64,000 nucleotides of DNA, from NCBI GenBank assembly GCA_035285865.1, contig JAYKHS010000014.1:1-64000 (forward strand), given 5' to 3'. The translations under genes and the position numbers were made by a program. How positions within the stretch are numbered: position 1 is the stretch's first letter; every line of letters begins with the position of its first letter. Of the stretch, positions 9,451 through 18,450 are shown piece by piece. This DNA is from Candidatus Sericytochromatia bacterium. GTDB taxonomy: Bacteria; Cyanobacteriota; Sericytochromatia; S15B-MN24; VGJW01. The notes under the pieces are model-generated. The model ran no database searches and was not told the DNA's origin. It saw only the letters and a program-made list of their open reading frames with translations.

Positions 9451-10667
9451 AGATTCTCTTCCTCACGCCCTACTATCCGCCCGAGGTAGGGGCCCCCCAG
9501 ACCCGCCAGCACGAACTGGCCGTCCGGCTCGTACAGGATGGTCACGAAGTTGAGGTGTTGACTTGTTGGCCTAACTATCCGTCAGGAGTTGTTCAAGACG
9601 GATACCGTGACAAGTTGTTCAAGTGGGAGGAACGGGAAGGCGTCCGCGTCTATCGGACGTGGATGTATGCCACGCCGAACCGGGGCTTCTTGCGCCGGGT
9701 GCTGGCGCAGCTGTCCTTCGCCGGCGCCGCGATCCTGAGCGGGGTGCGCATGGGGCCGGCCGATGTCGTGGTGGTTGAGTCCCCGCCGCTCTTCGACGGC
9801 TTGGCCGGCGCCTGGCTGGCCTGGCGTCGCAAGGCCCGGATGGTGTTCAACGTGGCGGACCTGTGGCCGGAATCCGTGGTCGCGCTGGGAGCGGTGCGCA
9901 ATCGCGTGCTCATCGGCCTTGCCGAAGCCCTCGAGGAGTGGTGCTACCGACGCGCGTGGCGGATTCTCGCGGTGACGCGCGGCATCGAGCGGACGCTGCG
10001 GACTCGTGGCTGGTCCAAGGTGCGCTTCTTGCCCAATGGCGTGGACCTCGCGCGGTTCGCGGGCGCGGACGGCCGTCGCGTCCGCGCGCGGATGGGCTGG
10101 GACGATGATGCCGTCGTCGTGCTCTACGCCGGAACCCTCGGCATGTCCCAGGCGCTCGACAAGGCCCTCGAGGCGGCAGGCATGCTCGAGGACCTGCCGG
10201 CCTTTCGCCTGGTGCTGATGGGGGACGGAGCCGAACGCGAAGCCTTGCTTGCGGCGGCCGGTCCCAATGTCCGGATCCTGCCGCCGGTCCCGCGCGACGA
10301 AGTGCCCGAGTGGCTTGCCGCCGCCGACGTCCTGTTCATCTCGCTCAAGGACATCCCGCTCTTCAACGGGGCAGTGCCGAGCAAGACCTACGAAGCCATG
10401 GCCGCAGGCAGGCCGATCGTGATGGCCGCCCGGGGGGAGGCCCCCGCCCTGCTGGAGGAGGCGGGCGGCGGCGTGGTCGTGCCGCCCGAGGATCCCGTCG
10501 CGCTGGCGGCCGCGTGGCGGCGCCTCGTCGAGGACCCCGGCTTGCGCCGGACCCTTGGCGGCAAGGCCGAGGCCATCATCCGCGCCCGATACGATCGGGC
10601 CGCGTTGTCCCGTCGATTCGCGGCCATCATGGCAGGGGATGACCCGGATGCGGACGTGGCATCATGA
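9447..10667 (+). CDS. Glycosyltransferase family 4 (WbuB-like)
   Basis: YYPPEVGA, PNYPSG, DLWPES, PNGVD, PSKTYEAMAAG. Confidence 0.9.
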   Translation: MKILFLTPYYPPEVGAPQTRQHELAVRLVQDGHEVEVLTCWPNYPSGVVQDGYRDKLFKWEEREGVRVYRTWMYATPNRGFLRRVLAQLSFAGAAILSGVRMGPADVVVVESPPLFDGLAGAWLAWRRKARMVFNVADLWPESVVALGAVRNRVLIGLAEALEEWCYRRAWRILAVTRGIERTLRTRGWSKVRFLPNGVDLARFAGADGRRVRARMGWDDDAVVVLYAGTLGMSQALDKALEAAGMLEDLPAFRLVLMGDGAEREALLAAAGPNVRILPPVPRDEVPEWLAAADVLFISLKDIPLFNGAVPSKTYEAMAAGRPIVMAARGEAPALLEEAGGGVVVPPEDPVALAAAWRRLVEDPGLRRTLGGKAEAIIRARYDRAALSRRFAAIMAGDDPDADVAS

Positions 10668-12547
10668 GGATGATGCGGACTTGGCGCGCCGGGCTGGCCG
10701 ACCTCGCGATCGTGCTGCTGGCCTGGTCGCTGGCCTTCGTGCTGCGCTTCGAGTCGCTGGATCGCATCCCGCCCGAGCATGCGAGCCAGTACGTCCGCTA
10801 CCTGGCGCTGCTGCCGTTGCTGCGCGTGGCGCTCTTCGGGGCATTCGGCCTGTACCGGCAGGTCTGGCGCTACGTGGGCCTCGGGGACGTCGCGGCGATG
10901 GTGCAGGCCGTCCTCGCGGGATCCGCGGTGCTGGCCCTGGTCGATCTGCTCCTGGATGACCGCCTGCCGCGCTCGGTCCTCGCCCTCGAAGGCCTGCTGA
11001 CCCTCGGCGGGCTTGCCGGGATGCGTTTCGTGTCCCGCGCCTGGGCCGAGCGGCGGGCCCGCCCCGGCGCCGAGGCCATCCGGACGCTGGTCGTGGGGGC
11101 GGGAGACGCCGGCGAATTGCTGGTGCGGGACATGCGACGCCACCCCGAGCGGGGCTTCGCGCCCGTGGCCTTCCTCGATGACGATCCGGCGAAGCTTGGG
11201 CGCAGCATCCACGGTGTCCCGGTCCTGGGTGGTCGCTCGGTGATGGGGCCGGTGGCCCAACGGACTGCTGCGAAGCTCGTGGTCGTGGCCATGCCCGGTG
11301 CCGATGCCGCCGTGCGTCGTTCGGCCGTGCGGCGTGCCGTGGACCTGGGACTCGAGGTCAAGACCCTGCCGGCGCTGGGGGACCTGCTCAAGGATGGTGC
11401 CGTGACGACCGAGGCCATCCGGGAAGTCCCCCTCGAGGATCTGCTGGGTCGCGAGGTCACGGTCACGGACGAAGCGCTGCTGGCCACGCTCACGGGCAAG
11501 CGGGTCCTCGTGACGGGCGCCGGCGGCTCCATCGGCTCCGAACTCTGCCGACAGCTGGCGGCACGCGGGCCCAGCCTCATGGTCCTGCTGGGTCACGGCG
11601 AAAACAGCCTCTATCACGTCGAGGCCGAACTGCGCGTCCGTTACCCCGATCTCGCGCTGGAGACGGTGGTGGCCGATGTCCGGGACGATGCGGCCGTGCG
11701 GGCTGTCCTGGGCCGGACGCGCCCGGATCTGGTGGTGCATGCGGCGGCGCACAAGCACGTGCCGCTGATGGAGGCCAACGTCGTCGAGGCGGCTGCGAAC
11801 AACGTGCTGGGCACGGGCGTGCTGGCCCGCGCGTGCCGGGACCTCGGTGTCGGGCGCTTCGTGTTGGTGTCGACCGACAAGGCCGTGCGCCCCACGAGCG
11901 TCATGGGCATGACCAAGCGTGCTGCCGAGCGTCTGGTCCAGGACCTGGCGGCCCGGGACCCCGGCCAGACGGTGTTCCTCGCGGTGCGGTTCGGCAACGT
12001 GCTGGGCAGCCGGGGCAGCGTGGTGCCGCTGTTCCAGCGCCAGATCCGGGATGGCGGACCCATCACCGTCACCCATCCCGAGATGCGTCGCTACTTCATG
12101 ACGATTCCCGAGGCCGTGACGCTCGTGTTGCAGGCGGCGGCGCTCGGTCATGGCGGCGAGATCCTGCTGCTCGAGATGGGCGCCCCGGTCCGGATCGTGG
12201 ACCTTGCCCGCCGCCTCGTGCGGCTCTCCGGCTTGCCGGAGGATGCCGTGCCCATCCTGTTCACGGGTGTGCGGCCGGGTGAAAAGCTCTTCGAGGAGCT
12301 TTCCGTTTCCGACGAGATTGCCCGCCCGACGGGCCATCCTCAGGTCTTCGCGCTGCGCACGACCAACCCGCCCGAGGCCGCGGCGTGGGCCACCTGGGTC
12401 GGGTCGCTGCAGCAGGCGGTGGCCGCCCAGGACCCGGTCCGGGTGCGCGTGCTGTTGCAGGAGGCCTGCGAGGGTGGGGGAACGGCCGACCGCGAGACGG
12501 CTCCTCTCGATGGCGGGGCCGATGATGCGACAAGGAGTCCGGCGTGA
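10664..12547 (+). CDS. Membrane-bound UDP-GlcNAc 4,6-dehydratase (WbpM/PglF/CapD family)
   Basis: N-terminal TM helices; TGAGGSIGSE, HAAAHKHVP, STDKAV, RFGNVLGSRGSV, RPGEKLFEEL. Confidence 0.92.
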   Translation: MRMMRTWRAGLADLAIVLLAWSLAFVLRFESLDRIPPEHASQYVRYLALLPLLRVALFGAFGLYRQVWRYVGLGDVAAMVQAVLAGSAVLALVDLLLDDRLPRSVLALEGLLTLGGLAGMRFVSRAWAERRARPGAEAIRTLVVGAGDAGELLVRDMRRHPERGFAPVAFLDDDPAKLGRSIHGVPVLGGRSVMGPVAQRTAAKLVVVAMPGADAAVRRSAVRRAVDLGLEVKTLPALGDLLKDGAVTTEAIREVPLEDLLGREVTVTDEALLATLTGKRVLVTGAGGSIGSELCRQLAARGPSLMVLLGHGENSLYHVEAELRVRYPDLALETVVADVRDDAAVRAVLGRTRPDLVVHAAAHKHVPLMEANVVEAAANNVLGTGVLARACRDLGVGRFVLVSTDKAVRPTSVMGMTKRAAERLVQDLAARDPGQTVFLAVRFGNVLGSRGSVVPLFQRQIRDGGPITVTHPEMRRYFMTIPEAVTLVLQAAALGHGGEILLLEMGAPVRIVDLARRLVRLSGLPEDAVPILFTGVRPGEKLFEELSVSDEIARPTGHPQVFALRTTNPPEAAAWATWVGSLQQAVAAQDPVRVRVLLQEACEGGGTADRETAPLDGGADDATRSPA

Positions 12548-13692
12548 CGCTCAAGGTTCCCTTCCACCTGCCTCTGGTCGGCGAGGACGAGAAGCGCGAA
12601 GTTCTCGAGAGCCTGGAGAGCGGCTGGCTGACGGCCGGTCCCAAGGTCAAGGCCTTCGAGGCCGCCTTCGCCGAGCACGTCGGGGCGCGCCATGCCATTG
12701 CCGTCAGTTCCTGCACCGCGGCCTTGCACCTGGCCTTGCTCGGGGCGGGCGTCGGCCCCGGCGACGAGGTCCTGACGACGCCGCTGACGTTCTGCGCCAC
12801 CGTCAACACCATTCTCGAGACGGGTGCGCGGCCGGTGCTGGTGGATGTCGATCTCCGCACGCTGTGCATGGATCCCGAGGCTGCAGCGCGGGCGATCACG
12901 CCGCGGACCCGTGCCATGCTGCCCGTGCACTATGCGGGCTATCCGGTTCCGCTCGCAGCCTTCCGGGAGCTCGCCGAGCGGCATGGGGTGGCCCTCATCG
13001 ACGACGCTGCTCACGCGCTGGGGACCTTCGTCGCCGACGAGCCCGTGGGCCGCGGCACGCTGGCGACGTGTTTCAGCTTCTACGCGACCAAGAACCTCGC
13101 GACGGGTGACGGGGGCATGGTCACGACCGAGGACGATGCGCTTGCGACCCGCCTGCGCAAGCTTGCCCTGCACGGCATGAGCCGGGACGCCTGGAAGCGT
13201 TTCACCGCCGAGGGGTCATGGCGCTACGACGTCGAGATGCTGGGCTACAAGTACAACCTGACGGACCCGGCCGCAGCCCTCGGGTTGGCCCAGTTGCGTC
13301 GCTTCGCGGCCATGCAGGAGCGCCGTCTCGAGCTGGCCCGGGTCTACGACGCGGCGTTGCCTGACCTCGGACTCGTCCTGCCGCCGCGCCCCGAGCCCGG
13401 CGAGGGCACGCATGCCTGGCACCTCTATGTCGTGCGCCTCGAGGCAGGCGCGTGGTCCATCGATCGCGATCGTCTGATCGAGGAGTTGAAGGTGCGCGGC
13501 ATCGGGACCTCGGTCCACTACATCCCCATCCACCACCACTCGTTCTACCGTTCCGAGCTGGGCGTGGCACCCGGGGACTTTCCGCATTGCGATGCGGCGG
13601 CGGACACCATGCTCAGTCTGCCGCTCTATCCCCGGATGTCCGATGCAGACCAGGCCCTGGTGCTCGAGGCTCTGGAGGCATGTCGGGCGTGA
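12544..13692 (+). CDS. DegT/DnrJ/EryC1/StrS aminotransferase
   Basis: SSCTAALHL, DAAHA, SFYATKNL, GYKYNL. Confidence 0.9.
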   Translation: MTLKVPFHLPLVGEDEKREVLESLESGWLTAGPKVKAFEAAFAEHVGARHAIAVSSCTAALHLALLGAGVGPGDEVLTTPLTFCATVNTILETGARPVLVDVDLRTLCMDPEAAARAITPRTRAMLPVHYAGYPVPLAAFRELAERHGVALIDDAAHALGTFVADEPVGRGTLATCFSFYATKNLATGDGGMVTTEDDALATRLRKLALHGMSRDAWKRFTAEGSWRYDVEMLGYKYNLTDPAAALGLAQLRRFAAMQERRLELARVYDAALPDLGLVLPPRPEPGEGTHAWHLYVVRLEAGAWSIDRDRLIEELKVRGIGTSVHYIPIHHHSFYRSELGVAPGDFPHCDAAADTMLSLPLYPRMSDADQALVLEALEACRA

Positions 13693-14315
13693 TCGCGACC
13701 CGGCCGCCTGACTACGCCCTGCCCGGGCGGGTATCGCCCCCCCGTGGCCCGTGGTTGATGGGGGGCAAGCGCGTCGCCGACCTCATGGCGGCCCTGCTGC
13801 TGGCCGTCCCCCTGCTGCCGCTGCTGGCGCTCGCGGCCGTCGCCATCCGCCTCGACAGTCCCGGTCCGGCGCTGTTTCGGCAGTGGCGGGTCGGGTGCGG
13901 CGGTCGGCCCTTCGTCATCTACAAGCTGCGGACGATGCGCACGGATGTCTCGGGTCCTGCCCTCACGATGACGGGAGACCCCCGCATCACCCGGCTCGGT
14001 CGGCTGCTGCGCCGCACCAGCATCGACGAACTGCCTCAGGTCCTCAACATCCTGAAGGGCGACATGAGCTTTATCGGGCCGCGACCGGAAGTCCCCTCCG
14101 TCCTCGAGGCCGAATGGACGGAGGAGCAGCGCGACGTGCTGGCGGTTCGTCCGGGCCTGTCGGGCTGGGCCCAGATCCATGGGCGGGACGACCTGCCGCT
14201 CGAAACCAAGCTGGCCTATGACCTGGAGTACGTCCGGGACCCGGGCCTGCTGCGGGATCTGCGCATCCTGCTCGCGACGCCCGGTCTCCTGATTTCGGGC
14301 CGCGGCATCAAGTAG
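13689..14315 (+). CDS. Undecaprenyl-phosphate sugar phosphotransferase (PglC/WbaP family)
   Basis: KRVADL, one TM helix, YKLRTM, DPRITRLG, SIDELPQ, GDMSFIGPRP, PGLSGWAQ. Confidence 0.9.
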   Translation: MIATRPPDYALPGRVSPPRGPWLMGGKRVADLMAALLLAVPLLPLLALAAVAIRLDSPGPALFRQWRVGCGGRPFVIYKLRTMRTDVSGPALTMTGDPRITRLGRLLRRTSIDELPQVLNILKGDMSFIGPRPEVPSVLEAEWTEEQRDVLAVRPGLSGWAQIHGRDDLPLETKLAYDLEYVRDPGLLRDLRILLATPGLLISGRGIK

Positions 14316-14339
14316 GCCGGGCGCGGCAGCGTTCGCGCG

Positions 14340-14669
14340 TCAGTACCGCCCGATCTCGTCCTCGGGCACCGCTCTGTCTTCGGGCAGGGTGCCTGCGAGC
14401 AACGCGTCCAGCAGCGTCGCCGCTTCGCCTTCGCCGCAGCCGGCCACGAATTGACCTTCAGGCCAGCAGGCCACGACGGGTCCGTGCGGGCAACTCTTGA
14501 GGCAGCCCGACTTGGTCACGAAGACCTCATGCTGCAAGCCGCGCTGGACCACCTCGCGCTTGAGCGCGGCCAGCAACTTGTCGGCACCCCGAGGCTGGCA
14601 GGAGCCCTTGGGATGGTCGGCAGGGCGCTCGTTGGTGCAGACCAGAAGGTGATGGCGCGGCTTGGGCAT
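14340..14669 (-). CDS. Thioredoxin-like (2Fe-2S) ferredoxin
   Basis: HLLVCTNER...GSC...SGCLKSC..GP; TACGAT lies 7 nt before the ATG. Confidence 0.85.
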   Translation of the reverse strand: MPKPRHHLLVCTNERPADHPKGSCQPRGADKLLAALKREVVQRGLQHEVFVTKSGCLKSCPHGPVVACWPEGQFVAGCGEGEAATLLDALLAGTLPEDRAVPEDEIGRY

Positions 14670-14750
14670 GGGCGTCATCGTAGCAGACGTGACCCGCGCG
14701 CCGAAGACCGCTTGCCCCCGCGATCGCCGGGGGCTACCATGCGGCCGTCC

Positions 14751-16001
14751 ATGGCCAGAATCGTTCTGAAGTACGGCGGCACGTCGGTCGGCACGACGGC
14801 GCGCATCCTCGCCGTGGCCGAGCAGGTCGCCGCACGCCGGGCCGCTGGCCATCAGGTGGCTGTCGTGGTGTCGGCCATGGGCCACGCTACCGACCATCTG
14901 GTGGATCTGATGGCTCAGGTCTCGGACCGGCCCCCTGGCCGCGAGGTCGACATGCTTCTGGCCTCCGGCGAGCAGGTTTCCATCGCCCTGGTGGCGGCGG
15001 CACTGGAGCGCCTCGGGGTGCCGGCGCGCTCCCTGCTGGGCTTCCAGGCCGGCATGGTGACCGAACCCGACCACACGCGGGCATCCATCGCCCGCATCGA
15101 CACCGGACGCCTGGAAGCTCTGCTTGCCGACGGCGTGGTGCCCGTCGTCGCGGGTTTCCAGGGCATCACGGAGGACGGGGAGGTCACGACCCTGGGCCGT
15201 GGGGGATCCGACACCACGGCCGTGGCGTTGGCGGTGGCGCTTCGGGCGAGCCGTTGCGAGATCTGCACGGACGTCGACGGGGTTTACACCACCGATCCCC
15301 GGGAGGTGCCGGAAGCCCGCCTGCTGCCGGAGGTCGCCTATGACGAGATGCTAGAATTGGCCAGTCTCGGCGCCAAGGTGCTGCATCCCCGGTCGGTCGA
15401 ACTGGCTGCCCGCTCGGCCATGGTCCTCGTGGTCCGCAGCAGTTTCGGCAGCCATCCCGGCACCATCGTCAGGGGGGTCGACCAACTGGAAATCCGGCAT
15501 CCTGTCACCGGAGTGACGGTGGATCTCGATCAGGTGCGCTTCGTGCTGCGCGGTCTTCCGGACCGCCCCGACGTGCCGCCTGCGCTGTTCCGTGCCCTTG
15601 CCGCGGCGGGACGCAACGTGGACGTGATCACGATGCTCTCGCGGTCGGGGATGTCCGGTGACGTGCTGGATCTGGGCTTCACGGTGGCCTCCGGGGATCG
15701 CGAGGCTGCCACGAGGGTCGCCACGGACTGGGTGGCGCTGCACGCCGGGGCCACCCTCGAGGTGGATGATTCCGTGGCCAAGGTATCCATCGTGGGGTCG
15801 GGGATGGTCCATCATCCGGGTGTGGCAGCAGGCCTCTTCGAGGCGCTCGAGGATGCGGGCATCCCCATCCGGATGATCGCGACCTCGGAAATCAAGGTCT
15901 CGTGCGTCGTCCCCCGCCATCAGGGCCTGGCGGCGGTCCAAGCCGCCCACCGCCGGTTCGCCTTGCACGAGGCTCGGCAACCGATGGTGCTGGCGCGCTG
16001 A
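14751..16001 (+). CDS. lysC: Aspartate kinase
   Basis: VLKYGGTSV, SAMG, TLGRGGSDTTA, TDVDGVYTTDP, two ACT domains; promoter TTGCCC-N17-TACCAT at 14712-14740. Confidence 0.93.
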   Translation: MARIVLKYGGTSVGTTARILAVAEQVAARRAAGHQVAVVVSAMGHATDHLVDLMAQVSDRPPGREVDMLLASGEQVSIALVAAALERLGVPARSLLGFQAGMVTEPDHTRASIARIDTGRLEALLADGVVPVVAGFQGITEDGEVTTLGRGGSDTTAVALAVALRASRCEICTDVDGVYTTDPREVPEARLLPEVAYDEMLELASLGAKVLHPRSVELAARSAMVLVVRSSFGSHPGTIVRGVDQLEIRHPVTGVTVDLDQVRFVLRGLPDRPDVPPALFRALAAAGRNVDVITMLSRSGMSGDVLDLGFTVASGDREAATRVATDWVALHAGATLEVDDSVAKVSIVGSGMVHHPGVAAGLFEALEDAGIPIRMIATSEIKVSCVVPRHQGLAAVQAAHRRFALHEARQPMVLAR

Positions 16002-16014
16002 TATCATGGGGGTC

Positions 16015-16617
16015 ATGAAGAACCTGACCCGAGTCCTGATGTTCGCTTCCGCCGTGCTCGCGGTGGCCGCGCCCCCTGCCTTGGCTTGCGACCCCGCCGC
16101 CGAAGCCAAGGGAGCCAAGGCCTGCTGCGTCAAGGGCATGGCCGAGGGCAAGGCCTGCTGCGTGGCCAAGATGAAGGGGGCCGCGGCCTCCGTCTCGACT
16201 GCGGCCGCCGTGCCTGCCGCCAAGGGCCACGAGGCGGGCCATGGCGCGGCGCATGCCGCCGAGGCCCCCGCGGTTGCCGTGCCGAAGGTCATGCCGGTCG
16301 ACCTCGCGGCGTGGCGCGTCAAGCACCCCGAGGGCGTTGTGGTGGATGTCCGCGAGCCTGCGGAGTTCGCCGAGGGGCACGTCGAGGGCGCTGTCCTCGC
16401 GCCTCTGGGCACGCTGGCTGCCTGGGCCGCCAAGCAACCCAAGGATCGTCCGCTGGTGCTGGTGTGCAAGTCGGGTCGTCGCGCCACCAAGGCCGCGGCC
16501 CAGCTCGGGGCTGCCGGCTTCAAGGGCCTGGTGCACCTTGAGGGTGGCATGGAGGCTTGGAAGGCCGCAGGCCTGCCCGTGGCCGTGCCGGCCGAAGGCG
16601 CGGCTGCGGAGCAATAG
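16015..16617 (+). CDS. Exported rhodanese-domain protein with Cys-pair N-terminal region
   Basis: Signal peptide; ACC twice; DVREPAEF..GHV, CKSGRRA, LEGGMEAW. Confidence 0.85.
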   Translation: MKNLTRVLMFASAVLAVAAPPALACDPAAEAKGAKACCVKGMAEGKACCVAKMKGAAASVSTAAAVPAAKGHEAGHGAAHAAEAPAVAVPKVMPVDLAAWRVKHPEGVVVDVREPAEFAEGHVEGAVLAPLGTLAAWAAKQPKDRPLVLVCKSGRRATKAAAQLGAAGFKGLVHLEGGMEAWKAAGLPVAVPAEGAAAEQ

Positions 16618-16638
16618 TCGCGCGGCCCTTCGGGGCGC

Positions 16639-17460
16639 TCAATCCCGCCGTGGCACGAGGGAGGGGCGAGGCGCCAGCTTGGCCAGCCAGCCGAGCAGGC
16701 GGGGCGCCTGCAGGGCTTTGGCCAACCACCCGCCAAACGGTTCGCGCGCCTGACTTGGCTCGGCCACGGGCTTGGAGCTTGCAGCTGCTTCCGTTGCATG
16801 CGGGTTGCCCCGCTGCATCAGTTCGGCCAGTCGCTCCTCACCGATCTGGCCTGCCGCATAGGTCATGGACATCCGCTCGAAGCGCTCCACCACTTCTGGT
16901 CCCGGTTCGGGAAAGGTCCACCACGGACGCTTGCCGGATGGCGTCGCGATGACCGCAGCAGGAGCCGATTTCCTGCCCTGTCGGCCATGGGCCAGGAACC
17001 ATGCCGGTCGTCCAGCACCCTCGGGCAGGATGGCCACCAGGGGTTTCGTGGACTCGTTCGTCTCGGTCGGGCGCGTCACGCTCGCCTCGGCGAGATGTCC
17101 GTGGCCGTCGAAATGAAGCCACAGGCGGCGGCCCGAGCCGGGCAGCGGCAGGTCGATATAGAGGGGCAGGCGCTCCCGGGTCTCTGCCAGCATCGGCGAT
17201 TCGACCTGCAACTTCCGGGGACCACGCAACACGATGCGCTGTGCGGCTTCTGTCCCCCACTTGGCTTCCACGGTCACGGCCGTCTTCAGGGGGATGTCGA
17301 TGCTGTAGCACGGGCCCCATTCGCCCGACATGTTTCGCGTGGCCGTACCCAGATCGGGCAATCGGATGGCAACCTTGCAGACGACCCCGGAGTCGTCGGC
17401 GAGGGATAGGTCCAGCTTGCGGGGCCGAAGCACGCGGTCGATGAGTTGCGCGGATTTCAT
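16639..17460 (-). CDS. Hypothetical protein, divergent from the LysR gene
   Basis: RBS AAGGAG before the ATG; 273-aa ORF fills the gap; no family recognised. Confidence 0.7.
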   Translation of the reverse strand: MKSAQLIDRVLRPRKLDLSLADDSGVVCKVAIRLPDLGTATRNMSGEWGPCYSIDIPLKTAVTVEAKWGTEAAQRIVLRGPRKLQVESPMLAETRERLPLYIDLPLPGSGRRLWLHFDGHGHLAEASVTRPTETNESTKPLVAILPEGAGRPAWFLAHGRQGRKSAPAAVIATPSGKRPWWTFPEPGPEVVERFERMSMTYAAGQIGEERLAELMQRGNPHATEAAASSKPVAEPSQAREPFGGWLAKALQAPRLLGWLAKLAPRPSLVPRRD

Positions 17461-17534
17461 GTCTCCTTTATAAAGTCGGATGGCAGTTCTGAAAAACAGA
17501 TAATTTCGATGGAAACCATCACTGAGGCAGATAC

Positions 17535-18449
17535 ATGGAATGGCTGAACTTTCGTCACCTCTATGCGTTCTGGATGGTGACGCGTACGGGCAGCTTCACG
17601 AAGGCAGCAGAGGCTCTGATGGTGGCGCAGTCAGCCGTCAGCGCGCAGGTGGCGGCACTCGAGAGCTACCTGCGCGAACCGCTGTTGCAGCGTCATGCGC
17701 GTTCGATTGGTCTGACGCCCGCCGGCAGGGAGCTGATGGGCTTCGCGGACCAGATCTTCGCCCAGAGTCGGGCGGTGAATGCCCTCTTCCGGGACAACCG
17801 ATCCGCACTCGGGCACCGTCGCCTCCGTGTCGGCATCGTCGGCGGTGCTTCGCGCAACTTCGTCCATCGTCTGCTGGCCGACATGATCCAACGGACCGAA
17901 GGCGTCTACCTGTCCGTCTCGAGCGGCTCCTATGACGAGCTTTCCTCACGCCTGGTGCGGTTCGACCTCGATGCCGTCATCTCGCTGGAGACGCCCCGCA
18001 AGAAGGACATGGCCGAAGTCACTTACCGCAAGCTGGGCGAGACGGAGATGTGCCTCGCCGGGACGCCTGGCATCATTCGCACGATTCGCGAGGGCAGTGC
18101 CGTGGGCCCGGTGCCGGTCTTCAAGTTCCGGCATCCCTACGAGGTGGATATTCTGGGCCGGTACGTCCGTCCCCGCTATGACTGCGACTTCAGGCTGCGG
18201 CTGGATTCGGACGACATTCCCCTGCTGCGCTTCTTCGCCAACGGCGGTCAGGGTGTGGCCCTGGTGCCGCGCGCCGGAATCGAGGACGACTACGCCGCCG
18301 GGGTAGTCGATACCCTCGAGGTCCCCGGCTGCCCGTCCATCCCCATCTACGGCATCATCGCCGTCCAGACGAGCCCGTTCGTCCGGGTCGAGGAACTCTT
18401 CACGCAGTGGCCGGATGAACCGGTTTCCGAATCCGAGGCGCTCGGTTAG
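17535..18449 (+). CDS. LysR-family regulator (NhaR-like)
   Basis: MEWLNFRHLYAFW...GSFTKAAEAL.VAQSAVSAQV helix-turn-helix, characteristic of the NhaR subgroup. Confidence 0.88.
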   Translation: MEWLNFRHLYAFWMVTRTGSFTKAAEALMVAQSAVSAQVAALESYLREPLLQRHARSIGLTPAGRELMGFADQIFAQSRAVNALFRDNRSALGHRRLRVGIVGGASRNFVHRLLADMIQRTEGVYLSVSSGSYDELSSRLVRFDLDAVISLETPRKKDMAEVTYRKLGETEMCLAGTPGIIRTIREGSAVGPVPVFKFRHPYEVDILGRYVRPRYDCDFRLRLDSDDIPLLRFFANGGQGVALVPRAGIEDDYAAGVVDTLEVPGCPSIPIYGIIAVQTSPFVRVEELFTQWPDEPVSESEALG

Positions 18450-18450
18450 C

